DNA from: Octopus sinensis
Lineage: Eukaryota
Direction of reading: 5' to 3'
DNA length: 64,000 bases
Assembly: GCF_006345805.1 (NCBI RefSeq)
Contig: NC_043005.1
Location: 16,368,001-16,432,000, forward strand
Positions 49,892-61,882 of this stretch are shown piece after piece. The translations under genes and the position numbers were made by a program. The notes below the pieces were generated by a model that worked only from the letters and a program-made list of their open reading frames with translations, did no database searches and had not been told where the DNA came from. Numbering within the stretch: the first letter of the stretch is position 1; each line of letters opens with the position of its first letter.

Positions 49892-50345
49892 GATATATAA
49901 AAACTTACATATATCCAGACATATATATACATATGCAAACATGCACACACACACACATGCAAGTTTAAGGCTTCCTTTTGTTTATCCCTTTTGGTTTTAA
50001 TTAAATATTTAATCTTAATGATTTAAGTCCAATCCTGCCATTATTAACATTATATTTCTTCCGAACAGTATTGATGACATAATGCATGTATTATATTAGG
50101 GACCATGTCTACGACCAACATTAACCACCCACTTTTCCTTACCCATTGAGACAGTGCACACACAGAAATTTGGATGTATTGAAATACACATGCACACACA
50201 CATACACACACACACACACAAACAAGAAATAACTGAGAAATAACTGAGCCCTTAACTGCCAACACTACACAACCATTTCCATTGAGTTAGGTCAGCTCCC
50301 TGTTAATAACTAGATTATTGCTAAGCATTTCACTTTCAACAGTGA

Positions 50346-50596
50346 AATACCTATTTCTTTATTACCCACAAGGGGCTAAACATAAAGGGGACAAACAAAG
50401 ACAGACATAGGTATTAAGTCGATTACATCGCCCCCCCCCCCCCCCAATGCGTAACTGGTACTTAATTTATCGACCCCCGAAAAGATGAAAGGCAAAGTCG
50501 ACCTCGGCGGAATTTGAACTCACAACGTAACGACAGACGAAATACGGCCCACGCATTTCGCCCGGCGTGCTAACTTTTCTACCAGCTCGCCGCCTT
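50346..50596 (-). mobile_element. SINE family B with an expanded C15 run
   Basis: Colinear with 10956-11194. ACCCCAG is replaced by a C15 run at 50431-50445. Confidence 0.9.
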
Positions 50597-52659
50597 TAAA
50601 TACCCCTGAAGATGTTAGCTTTAAACAGTTTATCATCTAGGGACAAGCCACTTTGGTGGATACCATCCTTCTCTAAGTTATACTTACAAGAGGAATCAAA
50701 GCCAGAACTACAAAATAACAATTTTACACCAGAGGGAGCTGACAAAATGAAGGAACCTTCAGATGAATACTCTACCATGCTAGACGTAGTGACAAGGTTT
50801 TCTTCAAGATACATGATATTGTCAACAAAAATGATGCATTGGATAATACTGTGGCAGATATACTATGACTGAATAAAAACAAAACAGATGGCATGGTCGT
50901 GGTTGGAACACCTTTGATCATCAGTCTGTTTGATCATCATTGACTTCAGTCTAAAGAAAAGCAACCACAGCAACAGTAATATCACTGCTTAGAGCAACAG
51001 GTTGTTTCCATTTGAGGAACATACAGCAAAGTAAAGTGGGCCATTTCAGAGCTGAGGGTCTTGACCATGAACAAAACAAAGGACTCTATGGTTAGTTAGC
51101 TTCAATTTCAATTCAGGGGTAGTTACAGGTAGTTACAGCAATTCTCCCTTAAAAGTGATTTGGTGATTAAAAACATTTTGAAATCACAACATTAAGAGTT
51201 CAAACTCAGTGACAGAGTTGTTCCATTGATCATAATTAGCACAACTGCAACAGAATACCAAAGACTGGGTGTTTGGAATTTTTATGGCTTGTCAGGAGTG
51301 GGTGGGGTTGCCTATCGTCATTTTGGTAAGGTTTCTGAAAATGGTGGGGAGAAAAGAGAAGGAAACCCCAATTTGTAGGTTGCTACAATAGGAGGGAACA
51401 CATTCAAATATTAAGTTACATTTAGATTGAAAACTTGGTCCAAATACTTGCAATGTTGGGCCACATGGTAGTGTTAAACTAAGTAAAGCTTTACATCCCC
51501 AGTAATATTATCTGTTAAATTCCCTTCCTGGGACCATGTGGTACTGTTAAACTGAGAAGCAGTATTACATTCCTAACAACAGCATCTATAAATTCCTGGC
51601 CTTTTCTATCGTTATCTTCATTTAGTGCTATATATGATAAAAAAAACAGTTTTGTGTAATGCCAGAGTATGAAAAGAAAAAAGATTACAGGTGAGAGGTG
51701 AGAATTGTCTTATTCACAAAGTAAAACAACAACATCAAATAAACATTGAACTTCCACATACCTTAGAGTTAGCGAGTAAAACAGTGCAAATGGAAATAGT
51801 GTGAATTTACAGAAGTGTACAACCCAACATTGAAATTAATAAATTGGAGGAAGAGTGGTGTTACAATAATGAATAAAAAAGAAGCAAAACAAAAAACCAA
51901 TACGACAAAATACTATATACAACATAGACAATGTGTTGAATTTTAAAGTGACCATCACTACTGAGAATGTCATTAAACCCACCCCAACCATCATCATAAC
52001 ATCTGTCAACATCTACCATGCTATCATCATCATCATCATCATCACGATTGCCCCTATTGCTGTCACCATCATTATTATACAAATGAGGCAGCTCAAATAA
52101 ATGAGGGAAACTATATATGGTCCCTCAACATACTAGAAATAGCAACCAAATTACTCTCAAATCACAACCTCTTGTCTTAATAAAAAAACAAAAAGAGGAA
52201 GAACATACAAGGTGATGTGATTAACTCCAAGATATATTATGTTTTAAAAAATAAGATTGGAGGGTCAAGGATGGAACATGTTTGATCATAAGTCTGTTGG
52301 ATCAAAGCTGACCTTGAACTAAACAATAATAAACATCACCATTGTTCTTGACTCCCGTGACTGCCCTCATTACTACTATTGCTATTATCTCCATTACTAT
52401 TACTATTACTAATGCTATTTCTTTCATTATCACTACCAATATAATCATTATCACCACAACAGCCACCAACCAATCCCTGATATTTACTATCATATCATCA
52501 CTATCCCCTCTACTAACACAACACTTTTGTTGCTATCACTATCATCACCACCACCTCCAGTTTACTGTTGTCTCCATCATCAATATCCCTACCACCTTCA
52601 GAACCATCAATCGTTATCATCATCATCTTCATCACTGTCTTGCAAGTTAGTTAGTGACC

Positions 52660-53232
52660 TCACATGTAACAAGTATCCAGTCTACTGTGTAAAGTGGTTG
52701 GCATTAGGAAGGGCATCTAGCCGTAAAATCTATGCCATAACAGACCTCACTGGTGCTGGTGACACATAAAAATCACCCAGTCCACTCTGTAAAATAGATG
52801 GCATTAGGAAGGGCATCCAGCTGTAAAATCTATGCCAAACAGACCTCACTGGTGCTGGTGCGACATAAAAAGCACCCAGTCCACTCTGTAAAGTGGTTGG
52901 TATTAGGAAGGGCATCCAACCATAAAAAATCCTACCAAAACAGTGCTGGTTCCACATGAAACACATCCAGTCTACTGTGTAAAGTGGTTGGCATTAGGAA
53001 GGGCATCCAGCTGTAAAATCTATGCCAAACAGACCTCACTGGTGCTGGTGCAACATAAAAAGCACCCAGTCCACTCTGTAAAGTGGCTGGCATTAGGAAG
53101 GGCATCCAGTTGTAGAAACCAATCCAAAACAGGCAGTGGCACTTGGTGTAGTCCTCTATCTTACTAGCTCCTGTCAAACCGTCCATCCCATGCCAGCATG
53201 GAAGACAGATGTTACCCGATGATGATAGTCAT
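52660..53232 (+). repeat. Family C retroposon with five tandem ~91-100 bp internal units
   Basis: GGAAGGGCAT occurs at ~52707, 52807, 52906, 52997 and 53096, followed by the family C 3' end. Confidence 0.9.
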
Positions 53233-53759
53233 CATCACCTCGAGTGTGCTGTTGTCTTTATCCCCACCACTATCACCTTCACCACCAATGTTATCATCAT
53301 CATCACCACCATAAACATCAGCACAACCAGTTCTATAGCTATCACCATCATCATTACAACTATCATTATCACCAACACTTCCAGTGAGTCCACACCCCCA
53401 CCGTCATCCCCAGTACCCCCACCGTCATCCCCAGCACCCTCACCATCATCCCCAGCATCATCCCTGCGCCTCCACCATCACCACTGGCATTATTGACATC
53501 ACCAGTAACAGCATCATGATCATTATGACCATCGGTGCTTTCACCATCACCATCACCATCAGTGCAATCCGATTTTTTTAGCCATCACCGTCACCAACAG
53601 CTTAAATAGTTTTCAGAAAAAAGAATGCCTTAATAAAACTAAAGATATAGGGGTCAAATGTTAAATAGAAGGTTTTTGTTTATATCTTCTATAGAAATGG
53701 AACCTAAATATGTGAAGAGAAACATTCTAGAATGGTACAACAGGGCACAAGTAACAAAT

Positions 53760-54800
53760 ACAATTCGGATTGTACTTGACCAACTGGGACCCTATTTAAC
53801 CAACAAGGATCCAATTTAACTAAATGGGACACTACTTGACCAATCAGGACACTACTTGGTCGATAGGATCCCTGATGGTCCATTGTTTATAGTAGATCAA
53901 CATAAAAACACACACAGATAAGATTATGGTCCTTGTGACAGTGTAACAGTAGTACTGTGGTGCAGATACACCTATGACAGTTATGGTGCAGACACAATCT
54001 GAAATTGATACAGATACAATTGTGATACAATATGGTATGCATAACTGTGACACAATGTGGCACAAATACATTTGTGGCACTGTGATACAGAGACTGATTT
54101 GGTACTGTGATGCATACAGTCATAACGTTCTGATACAGTCATTAACGAAGCAAAATTTCTCTGATAATTGCTGTAAAATGTCTGTTTGATCAGGCAATTG
54201 AAGCAGCAAATTTGATTGGAAAATTAATGTGACAAGTTTAATCAGATAGTGTTACAAGTTAGGACAACACAACTGGTGTAACAAGACAGATGAAATAATT
54301 AAAGTTACAAGTTTGATCAAATAGTTTATGTTTAAAGTTTGATCTGATAATTAGCATAACAGGTCTTGTTTTCATTACAGATGTGATAATTTGGCCCAGA
54401 AAGTAGAATCATAGTTTGTTAAAAAAAAATATCCATGTAACAAGTTTTATAGAAAAAATAGGGTGTAACACATTTAGTCAGAAGATCAAGTGAAACCTTA
54501 TTAGATCAGAAAATGTAACGATATTATATTTAGTCAGGTAAATGAGCTAAACTAAATAGGTGGGTTTAAGAATATACTACTACTGTAACCAAGGAAGCAT
54601 TAAAAGGTTTAATTACATAGATTTATGGCCCTGTGATGTGGATACAACTGCGGAACTGAGACACAGATACAGCCAGTTCAGTGCAGATATAGTTGTGATA
54701 CTGTGACACAGACAGTTGTGACATTTGTGATGTAGATACAGCTATGGAATTGTTATGCTGATACAGCTGTGGCACATTATGACACAGCTGCAGCCATGAC
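53760..54800. repeat. Cluster of old degenerate short-period tandem repeats
   Basis: ~20 bp units TACTTGACCAA..GGACAC (53770-53870), CTGTGA(T/C)AC(A)-rich tracts (53930-54130, 54630-54800) and GTAACAAGTTTGATCAG-like units (54230-54520). Confidence 0.55.
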
Positions 54801-55329
54801 AGTGTAGGGCAAGGAGTAAGAATATCATTCAATTAACTGTGTAAAGAATAAAAGTATTATTGGAATTGATTTATAAGAACAGACCAAAAATAAAAGAAAC
54901 TTAGAGGGGGACAATCAAGCCTTGCACAGAATTCCACTGAATAACTGTTAGGGAAGGGAAGAGAAAGGGTCCACAATATATCTGGTTTTACAATTGGTGT
55001 AGAATTACTAATAGACTAATTTGAAGGCATTTAATTTGTGCTATTAGCTACCATTTTCTGAATTATTTAATTTTAAATAATACCTTGTTCTGTCTCCATG
55101 CCAACAAATAAACATGTCTAAGTTTATTCAGTAATTTTCTGGTTAATATTCTAGAGTGGTGGTCTTTCATGATCATGTGTATGTCAAGCAAAGGGATTTG
55201 CCATATTTAGTTACAACTCTTTACATATTGGGTTCAAATCCCACAAGAGATCCATTTTGCTTCCCCTGGGGTTGATAAACTAAAATAGCAGTGAAATAGT
55301 GGTATATATTTAATTGACCATATTCTGTG

Positions 55330-55620
55330 GCTGATGCCAGTACTCCCTGACTGGCCTCCGTACCAGTGGCATGTAAAAATCACTATCCAAACATGATCAA
55401 TGCCAGGCCCACCTGACTGGCTCCTGTGCCAGTGGCACATAAGAAGCACCCACTACACTCTTGGAGTGGTTGGTATTAGGAAGGGCATCCAGCTGTAGAA
55501 ACCTTGCCAGATCAGATTGGAGCCTGATACAGCTGCTGGCTCTCCAGACCTCAGTCAAACCATCCAACCCATGCCAGCAGGGAAAATGGATGTTAAATGA
55601 TGATAATGATGATGATAATG
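55330..55620 (+). mobile_element. Family C retroposon
   Basis: Core GGTTGGTATTAGGAAGGGCATCCAGCTGTAGAAACC with a (GAT)n tail. Other copies lie at ~33050-33260(-), ~37612-37826(+), ~42735-42904(+) and ~63443-63735(-). Confidence 0.85.
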
Positions 55621-56165
55621 ACTCATCCGCCACATATCTGGAATGGGGCCAATGTCAGATATTACTGTTTGAGCGAGCAAGCTAGTGGAAAGCTACTCTT
55701 TAGTTGAGCATCCCTAAGAATTTGATGCTTCTTTCACTATTCAAAGAGGATACATGTGGCCTAGTGGTTAGGGTGTTGAGTCATAATCATTAGGTTGTGG
55801 TTCAATTCTCTGATGGGGAATTGTGTGTCTTTGATCAAGGCAATTCACTTCAATTTAGTCCAGTACATTCAGGTGAAATTGAGTACCAGCAGCATGTTGG
55901 GTTAACTCAGTGACAAATTAGCATTCCATTCAGGAGGGAATCTTTTTACTGTCAACCTAAACACCTTGAAAATCCAGTTAAGCTCTTGCCTCAGGAATCT
56001 GTAGGCTCAAGGAAGACTTCACTGCTCAATATTCTAAGCATTTATATATGCTATCACCTATCTAATTATTATTTATCATGCAAGCAGAGTGTCTCCGATT
56101 TATGAACTGTTAACCATTTCTATTTCTCTTTGCTAACAAATAAATATATATTTACAGCATATATA

Positions 56166-56568
56166 GGCGCAGGAATGGCTGTGTGGTAAGTAGCTTGCTA
56201 ACCAACCACATGGTTCCGGGTTCAGTCCCACTGCGTGGCATCTTGGGCAAGTGTCTTCTGCTATAGCCCCGGGCTGACCAATGCCTTGTGAATGGATTTG
56301 GTAGACAGAAACTGAAAGAAGCCTGTCGTATATATGTATATATATATATGTATGTGTGTATGTGTTTGTGTGTCTGTGTTTGTCCCCCTAACATTGCTTG
56401 ACAACCGATGCTGGTGTGTTTACGTCCCCGTCACTTAGCGGTTCGGCAAAAGAGACCGATAGAATAAGTACTGGGCTTACAAAGAATAAGTCCCAGAGTC
56501 GATTTGCTCGACTAAAAGGCAGTGCTCCAGCATGGCAGCAGTCAAATGACTGAAACAAGTAAAAGAGT
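56166..56568 (+). mobile_element. tRNA-derived SINE family A, full-length, close to consensus
   Basis: Near-identical to 27000-27418 and to the reverse complement of 38878-39275. Confidence 0.93.
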
Positions 56569-56884
56569 TTTACAGCATATATTTACTTCACAATTTGTTT
56601 GTTCAATCTTTAAACAAGTTACAGTGAATCTACACATCTACTGACAAACATCCAGTAAATTAAAGAAAACATATCCAATATTGTGTACCAAAGCTTCAAA
56701 AAGTAGACAAATATTTCTTTCAACACATGTTTCAACTTTCTCAAGCATTTTAATATTTTAAATGTTAAATTAGCTTTCTCCCGTCTCACTATTGTTTAAT
56801 CACATAGATAAGATCTACCGGATTTGCTGTCTACTAGAAGAAAGTAAAAGTCAAAGCATTTACCATATTTTAAAAAACAAAATA

Positions 56885-57400
56885 GTGTTATTGGAACTAC
56901 CGTATAAAGAATAAGAGTACAAAAGGATCTATTGTGAAAGTAGTAAGAATATTATCAGATCTATTGTAAAAAGATTAAAGAGTATTATTGGACCTATACT
57001 TTAATGACTTAATTATTATTATTGGATTTACTGTATAAAGATTAAAGATTATTATTGGATCTATGGTATAATGATTAAAAGAGTATTATTGGGTCTACTT
57101 TATAAAGACTAAAGATTATTATTGGATCTACTGTATTAAGACTAAAAGAGTATTTATTGGATCTACTATATAAAGACTAAAGATTATTACTGGATTACTG
57201 GATCTACTGTATAATGACTAAAAGAGTATTATTGGGTCTACTTTATAAAGACTAAACAGTATTATTGGATTTCCTGTTTGATGACAAAAGAGTATTATTG
57301 GATTTACTGCAAAAAAACTAAAGAGTATTGTTGGATCTATTGCATAATGGCTAAAGGAGTATTATAGGATTTATTGTGTAAGAAAGAGTGAAGAGAGTAC
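56885..57400. repeat. ~33-34 bp minisatellite, about 15 copies
   Basis: Unit approximately ATTATTGGATCTACTGTATAAAGACTAAAAGAGT. It ends ~150 bp from the exon donor at 57553. Confidence 0.85.
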
Positions 57401-57553
57401 TTTGAGAGGTAAAAAAGAATAAGTTTATAAAGTATGTTAACGTCTTTGAAGAAAGCAAAGCAAATGTTAGTTGTGCAAAACTACTAAATGAGACCATGCT
57501 AAACCCAAAAAGCAACATGCTAAGAAACAAGGTGCGTATTGAGATATGCTAAC

Positions 57554-57832
57554 CCTTTTAACTGAGGAATCTCCGAGATTGTTTCTTGTGGGCTGGTTGA
57601 ACAGAGCTCGCAGTCTAGTCACCGATGGAAGCTCAACAGAAACTTTGGAGTCAAACTCTGATCGGCTTGCAGGAATGTCTTTCTCTCGGCTCACACCAAC
57701 CAGTTTTTGCGGCGTCTTAAGAGAGTCCTTGTGAAAAGCCGTACTGAAATCTGCAGACATGTGTGGCAGTGAGGCAGTTTGATGATCGAGTGTGTTTTGA
57801 TGTTGCTCGACAGATTTCTCAATGGATGCAAC
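57554..57832 (-). CDS. Internal coding exon (279 nt, phase 0/0) of the same unidentified protein
   Basis: Acceptor TTTTTCTCCCTCTTAATAG|GTT (AG 57834-57833) and donor AGG|GTTAGC (57553). Open frame VASIEKSVEQHQNTLDHQTASLPHMSADFSTAFHKDSLKTPQKLVGVSREKDIPASRSEFDSKVSVELPSVTRLRALFNQPTRNNLGDSSVKR. Confidence 0.88.
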
Positions 57833-57945
57833 CTATTAAGAGGGAGAAAAACAATCCAGGAACGACATCTTTCAGATAATTCTAGCTTTCACTTCAACTA
57901 AAGATTGTTTGTTTTTGTTTATATATATATATATATATATATATA

Positions 57946-58245
57946 ATGAGTAGAAAAATAAAATCGTTTAACCGATACCTGGGTAGCAAATTCACATCAG
58001 AAATAACACGGTTGAAGTTACGTGCCTAGGGCAGAGACTACGTGTTTTCGTGTGGAAATTTGTGTGTATTTTTATAAAATTTATGTTGACATAAATTCCT
58101 TGTTTTTCCTGATGAGAAAGCGGCATAATGTACTCCTTATTCCTTCACAATTAGGAATATGCAGCCTTCGAAACATATGTCGAAAGTAAAGGAAATTTGT
58201 TAATTTGTCATTCAACTCCATTTTTTCATTTATTCATAAATTTTA
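57946..58245 (+). mobile_element. ~300 bp hammerhead-containing element between (TA)n arrays (Penelope solo terminal repeat or retrozyme-like monomer)
   Basis: A non-coding unit bounded by (TA)n at 57921-57945 and ~58246-58270. It contains the intact HHR below. Confidence 0.6.
58093..58198 (+). ncRNA. Type I hammerhead ribozyme with an intact catalytic core
   Basis: Stem I TTTTC(58104-108)/GAAAG(58182-186), extended by AAATTCCTT/AAGGAAATTT. CTGATGA at 58109-115. Stem II GAAAGCGGCATA/TATGCAGCCTTC (10 of 12 paired, G10.1-C11.1). GAAA at 58170-173. Stem III AC-ATAT-GT. Cleavage triplet GTC at 58179-181. Confidence 0.85.
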
Positions 58246-58744
58246 TTTATATATATATATATATATATATGAATATATTTTGATTATTCTGTTTGGCTTT
58301 ATTGACCCTAAGTTAATATTATATTTTAAATCCTGGAAGAAAAGATAATAAATAAAAGGGAAACTCAAAATACAAAGTATCCTTATAGCAGTTATAAACA
58401 TTAAGAAAACCATTGGGTGTCTCGGTATTAAATGAAAGAGGCTGGTTATTTTCGTAATTATGGTTTGATTGTGTTTAATTGCCTGTAGCATAAATGAGGA
58501 CAAGTTTTGGTTGTTTATCGTCCCTAGTGGGAATATATTAATATTCTTCAAAGATTAGGAATTTAATCTTAGCGATTCTACTTAAACCCTTGAATAAATA
58601 ATTGCTTCAAATTTTGGCACAAAACCAGCAATTTTAGTGGTGTTTTATCTTACTGACCCTGAAAGGATGAAAAACAAAGTTAGCCTTAGCAGGATTTGAA
58701 CTCAGAAGAAATGTCTGATATGACAATTTAGTGAATCTTCTACC

Positions 58745-58778
<34 letters not shown>

Positions 58779-58961
58779 GCCTTTCTAAAACAGGCACAAG
58801 GCTTGAACTTTTTTGTGGCGGGCTAGTCAATTACATCATTGTCCTCAAAAGGATGAAAGGTGAAGTCAACCTCGGTGGAATTTGAACTCAGAATGTAAGA
58901 GTGGACAAAATACTGCTAGGCATTTTACCCAGTATGCTAACAATTCTGCCAGCTCACCACC

Positions 58962-58997
<36 letters not shown>

Positions 58998-59209
58998 TAA
59001 TAATAATAATAATAATAATTATTATTATTTCAAATTTTTGCCACAAAGGCAGTTTGGGGGAGGGGATCACGTCAATTACATCGACCCCAGTGTATAACTG
59101 GTACTTATTTAATCAGCTCCGGCAGAATTTGAACCCAGAACACAGCGACAGACAAAATATCACTAAGTAATTCGCTTGGCATGCTAACGATTCTGCCAGC
59201 TCACTGCCT

Positions 59210-59241
<32 letters not shown>

Positions 59242-60289
59242 TATAATAAACTAAGAATAGTAATATAGAAGAATATAAATATAAGACTGAGGTCTGTCTG
59301 GGGTTTGTAATATTTATTGAGTTCAGTTTCCTGTAAAGACAGTATGGCTCTACAATGCTCAAGAGGTCAGTTAAAGGGTCATTTATGAAAGATTCTGATG
59401 GAGGAATAGTTTGGCTCATCCTTTACAGAACCCAAAACAGTAAAAGTGGGTGGCATTTGAACTGTTAGCTATAGTTAAGTCAGCTGATCAACTTTGTATG
59501 AGTTTTATCTTTTGTTCTGGGTCATACTGGAGCAACTGTCTTCTTTTTTTGTGACAAGGGAATGGATATTTTTGAGAAGGAAATTATACTTAACCATTTT
59601 AGTGAGAGCTGGCCAACACCAAAATGTAGAAGAAATAACATGGCCAAGTGGATATGATACTGGGCCCCCACCTCTCAAAAACCTGGAGTTCAAACCTAGC
59701 AATTCGAATTCAAATACCCTTATGGATTAGGAAATATTTTATGTTTTACATCAAAATAAGAATAAATATGCCCTGCTGGTAATAATATATTTGACCCACA
59801 TAGTAGCTTAGAGTAGGTTCAAATTAGAGTAGGTGCAATACTGAATGGTAAAATAATGTCTATGGTTATATATAAATAAGAGTGTGTATACCAAAGTGTG
59901 GTTGAATCAGTTCCATGACTGCATACAAGGGTCTGTTTTCACTTAAAGGAAGACTCAGTCATGCTCTATGAATATTGTTAACATTCACTGCATCAGTGAG
60001 ACAATCAGCTGTTGTCCTCTTCTTCTTCTTCCAATCAGGACTCACGCCATTAGCCACAAAGAATAATCTCTAATTCGAGCCTACTCTAAGCTACTAAGAA
60101 TGCATGTGGCAACTTGAAGATCCACCCACCACACATGATAGACTGGCGGTTCCACGGGCGCGAAAGCTACATTGTTATCCTCATTCCGTAAACGGTGGCT
60201 TTTAACGAGTGGAGAGCTGAACCATCCTGGGGTACAGAGGATTCGCAATCTAGACTAGGGTCTGAAAGTTTACCACACCATAGTGGGTT

Positions 60290-60522
60290 ACACCATGGTT
60301 TCTCTGCTTTGTGGCAGAAGTAGGAAGAAAGAGTGAGAGAAAGTTGTGGTGAAAGAGTACACTGGGATTCACCACCACCATCACCACCACCCCACGCCAG
60401 AGCCTTGTGGAGCTTAGGTGTTTTTGCTCAATAAACACTCACATTGCCCGGTCTGGGAATTGAAACCACATTCTTATGACCGCAAGTCCGCTACCCTAAC
60501 CACTGGGCCATTGCACCTCCAC
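60290..60522 (-). mobile_element. SINE family D, partial
   Basis: GGAAGAAAGAGTGAGAGAAAGTTGTGG...GGAGCTTAGGTGTTTTTGCTCATAAACAC...CCCTAACCACTGGGCCATTGCACCTCCAC. Confidence 0.8.
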
Positions 60523-61347
60523 ATCAGCTGTTGTTATACACTTCTGATCACAATGTACTTCCTTGCATCGTTACAGCTTTTAAATGGTGCCACCCTGCTA
60601 TCCAGGCAGTCTGTTGCAGGACTACCCATTTGCTGTTGAGTGGACTGGAGCAATGTGAAGTGAAGCATTTTGCTCAAGAATACAATGCACAACCAGTCTG
60701 GGAATCGAAACCACAATCTCATGCTCAAGAATGCGACACTCTAACAACTACACTATGTGCCTTCACATTGTCAGAGTTAATCTTTTGAATTATGGTTAAG
60801 CCAATTCTATGCTGATAGATAACGATCTTGTCCTCATTAGACATGCTCTATGAATATATTTCGGGATGAGCCATATCAAAGTGTAGGCTAAATTACAGGT
60901 TCCGTGATAATGGTTGCCAAAGATAATCCTCACCAAAGATAGTCCTCGCCAAAGGGTCAGGTGTGTTTTAAAAACTAAAGACAAAGGTCAACTAGACTAA
61001 ATGATGTCTACCTTGGACTACTACAACAAAAACAACAACAATAATAGCATCAACCACTTATGCAAAGCTTCAACATCAACAACTGCAATATCAATATTAT
61101 CATACCTAAACTAAGCAACATGCTACACTGGCAGCGACAGCAGTGATAACTGCAATAACAGCAAGAACAACATTAACAGCAAACAACATTTATAGAAAGC
61201 AAGTAAATTCAAGTTATTGATTACATGTAAAACATTCATATACAATATTTCACAACAATAAAGTCATATATATATACATATATAAACAATAGCATCAGCA
61301 GTGTGTATATGTGTGTGTGTGTGTGTAAATATATATACATATATATA

Positions 61348-61554
61348 CAAAAATTTTTATAATTATGAGTATAATTATAATTAGGGTTCAGCAAAAATTT
61401 TGCTTCACCACATACCAACATGTTGTCTGGGAGATTTTTCTTATGGTAGAGAAATAACTAGTTTTAACTGCTATTTCTAAATTTCGTTATGTGGTGAAGC
61501 AAATTTTTTGCTGAGCCCTAATTATAATTATATTCATAATTATAAAAAATTTTG
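61348..61554. repeat. Inverted repeat with ~67 bp arms (element also present at ~35328-35520)
   Basis: AAAATTTTTATAATTATGAGTATAATTATAATTAGGGTTCAGCAAAAATTTTGCTTCACCACATA versus its reverse complement at 61488-61554. Confidence 0.8.
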
Positions 61555-61606
61555 TTTAAGTTTACTAATAATGGTTCTTTTAAGATAATTATTTTACCCT
61601 TTATTT

Positions 61607-61650
<44 letters not shown>

Positions 61651-61652
<2 letters not shown>

Positions 61653-61811
61653 CGTGAGGTATATTTGCCACTTAAATGTGGCTAACTCTTAAGGTGGATG
61701 CTACTGTAGCTTGTAGCCCCAGGAAGACACCTCCTCCTCCTGGGGATACAAGCTACAGTAGCATCCACCCTTAAGGTTTATCTACATTTAAGTGGCAATA
61801 TACTTCACGAT
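61651..61811. mobile_element. 161 bp palindromic MITE-like element
   Basis: Arms of ~74 bp (ATCGTGAGGTATATTTGCCACTTAAATG...AGCTTGTAGCCCCAGGA / TCCTGGGGATACAAGCT...CATTTAAGTGGCAATATACTTCACGAT) around a 13 nt loop. Confidence 0.88.
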
Positions 61812-61845
61812 GCCATGCAGCTACTGTTTATACCTCGCTCAGAGA

Positions 61846-61877
<32 letters not shown>

Positions 61878-61882
<5 letters not shown>

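Noticed and set aside
50431-50445. C15 run (G15 on the transcribed strand) as a functional G-quadruplex
   Set aside because: It is a homopolymer expansion inside one SINE copy and may be a sequencing or assembly artefact.
50596-50872. 86 aa plus-strand ORF and 72 aa minus-strand ORF in unique-looking DNA
   Set aside because: No recognisable domain, no convincing splice sites, and the other frames are stop-rich. It may be very old transposon debris.
59210-59419. Minus-strand ORF MSQTIPPSESFINDPLTDLL... upstream of the 57832 exon as a possible first exon
   Set aside because: No good donor site was found before the frame runs into (TAT)n.
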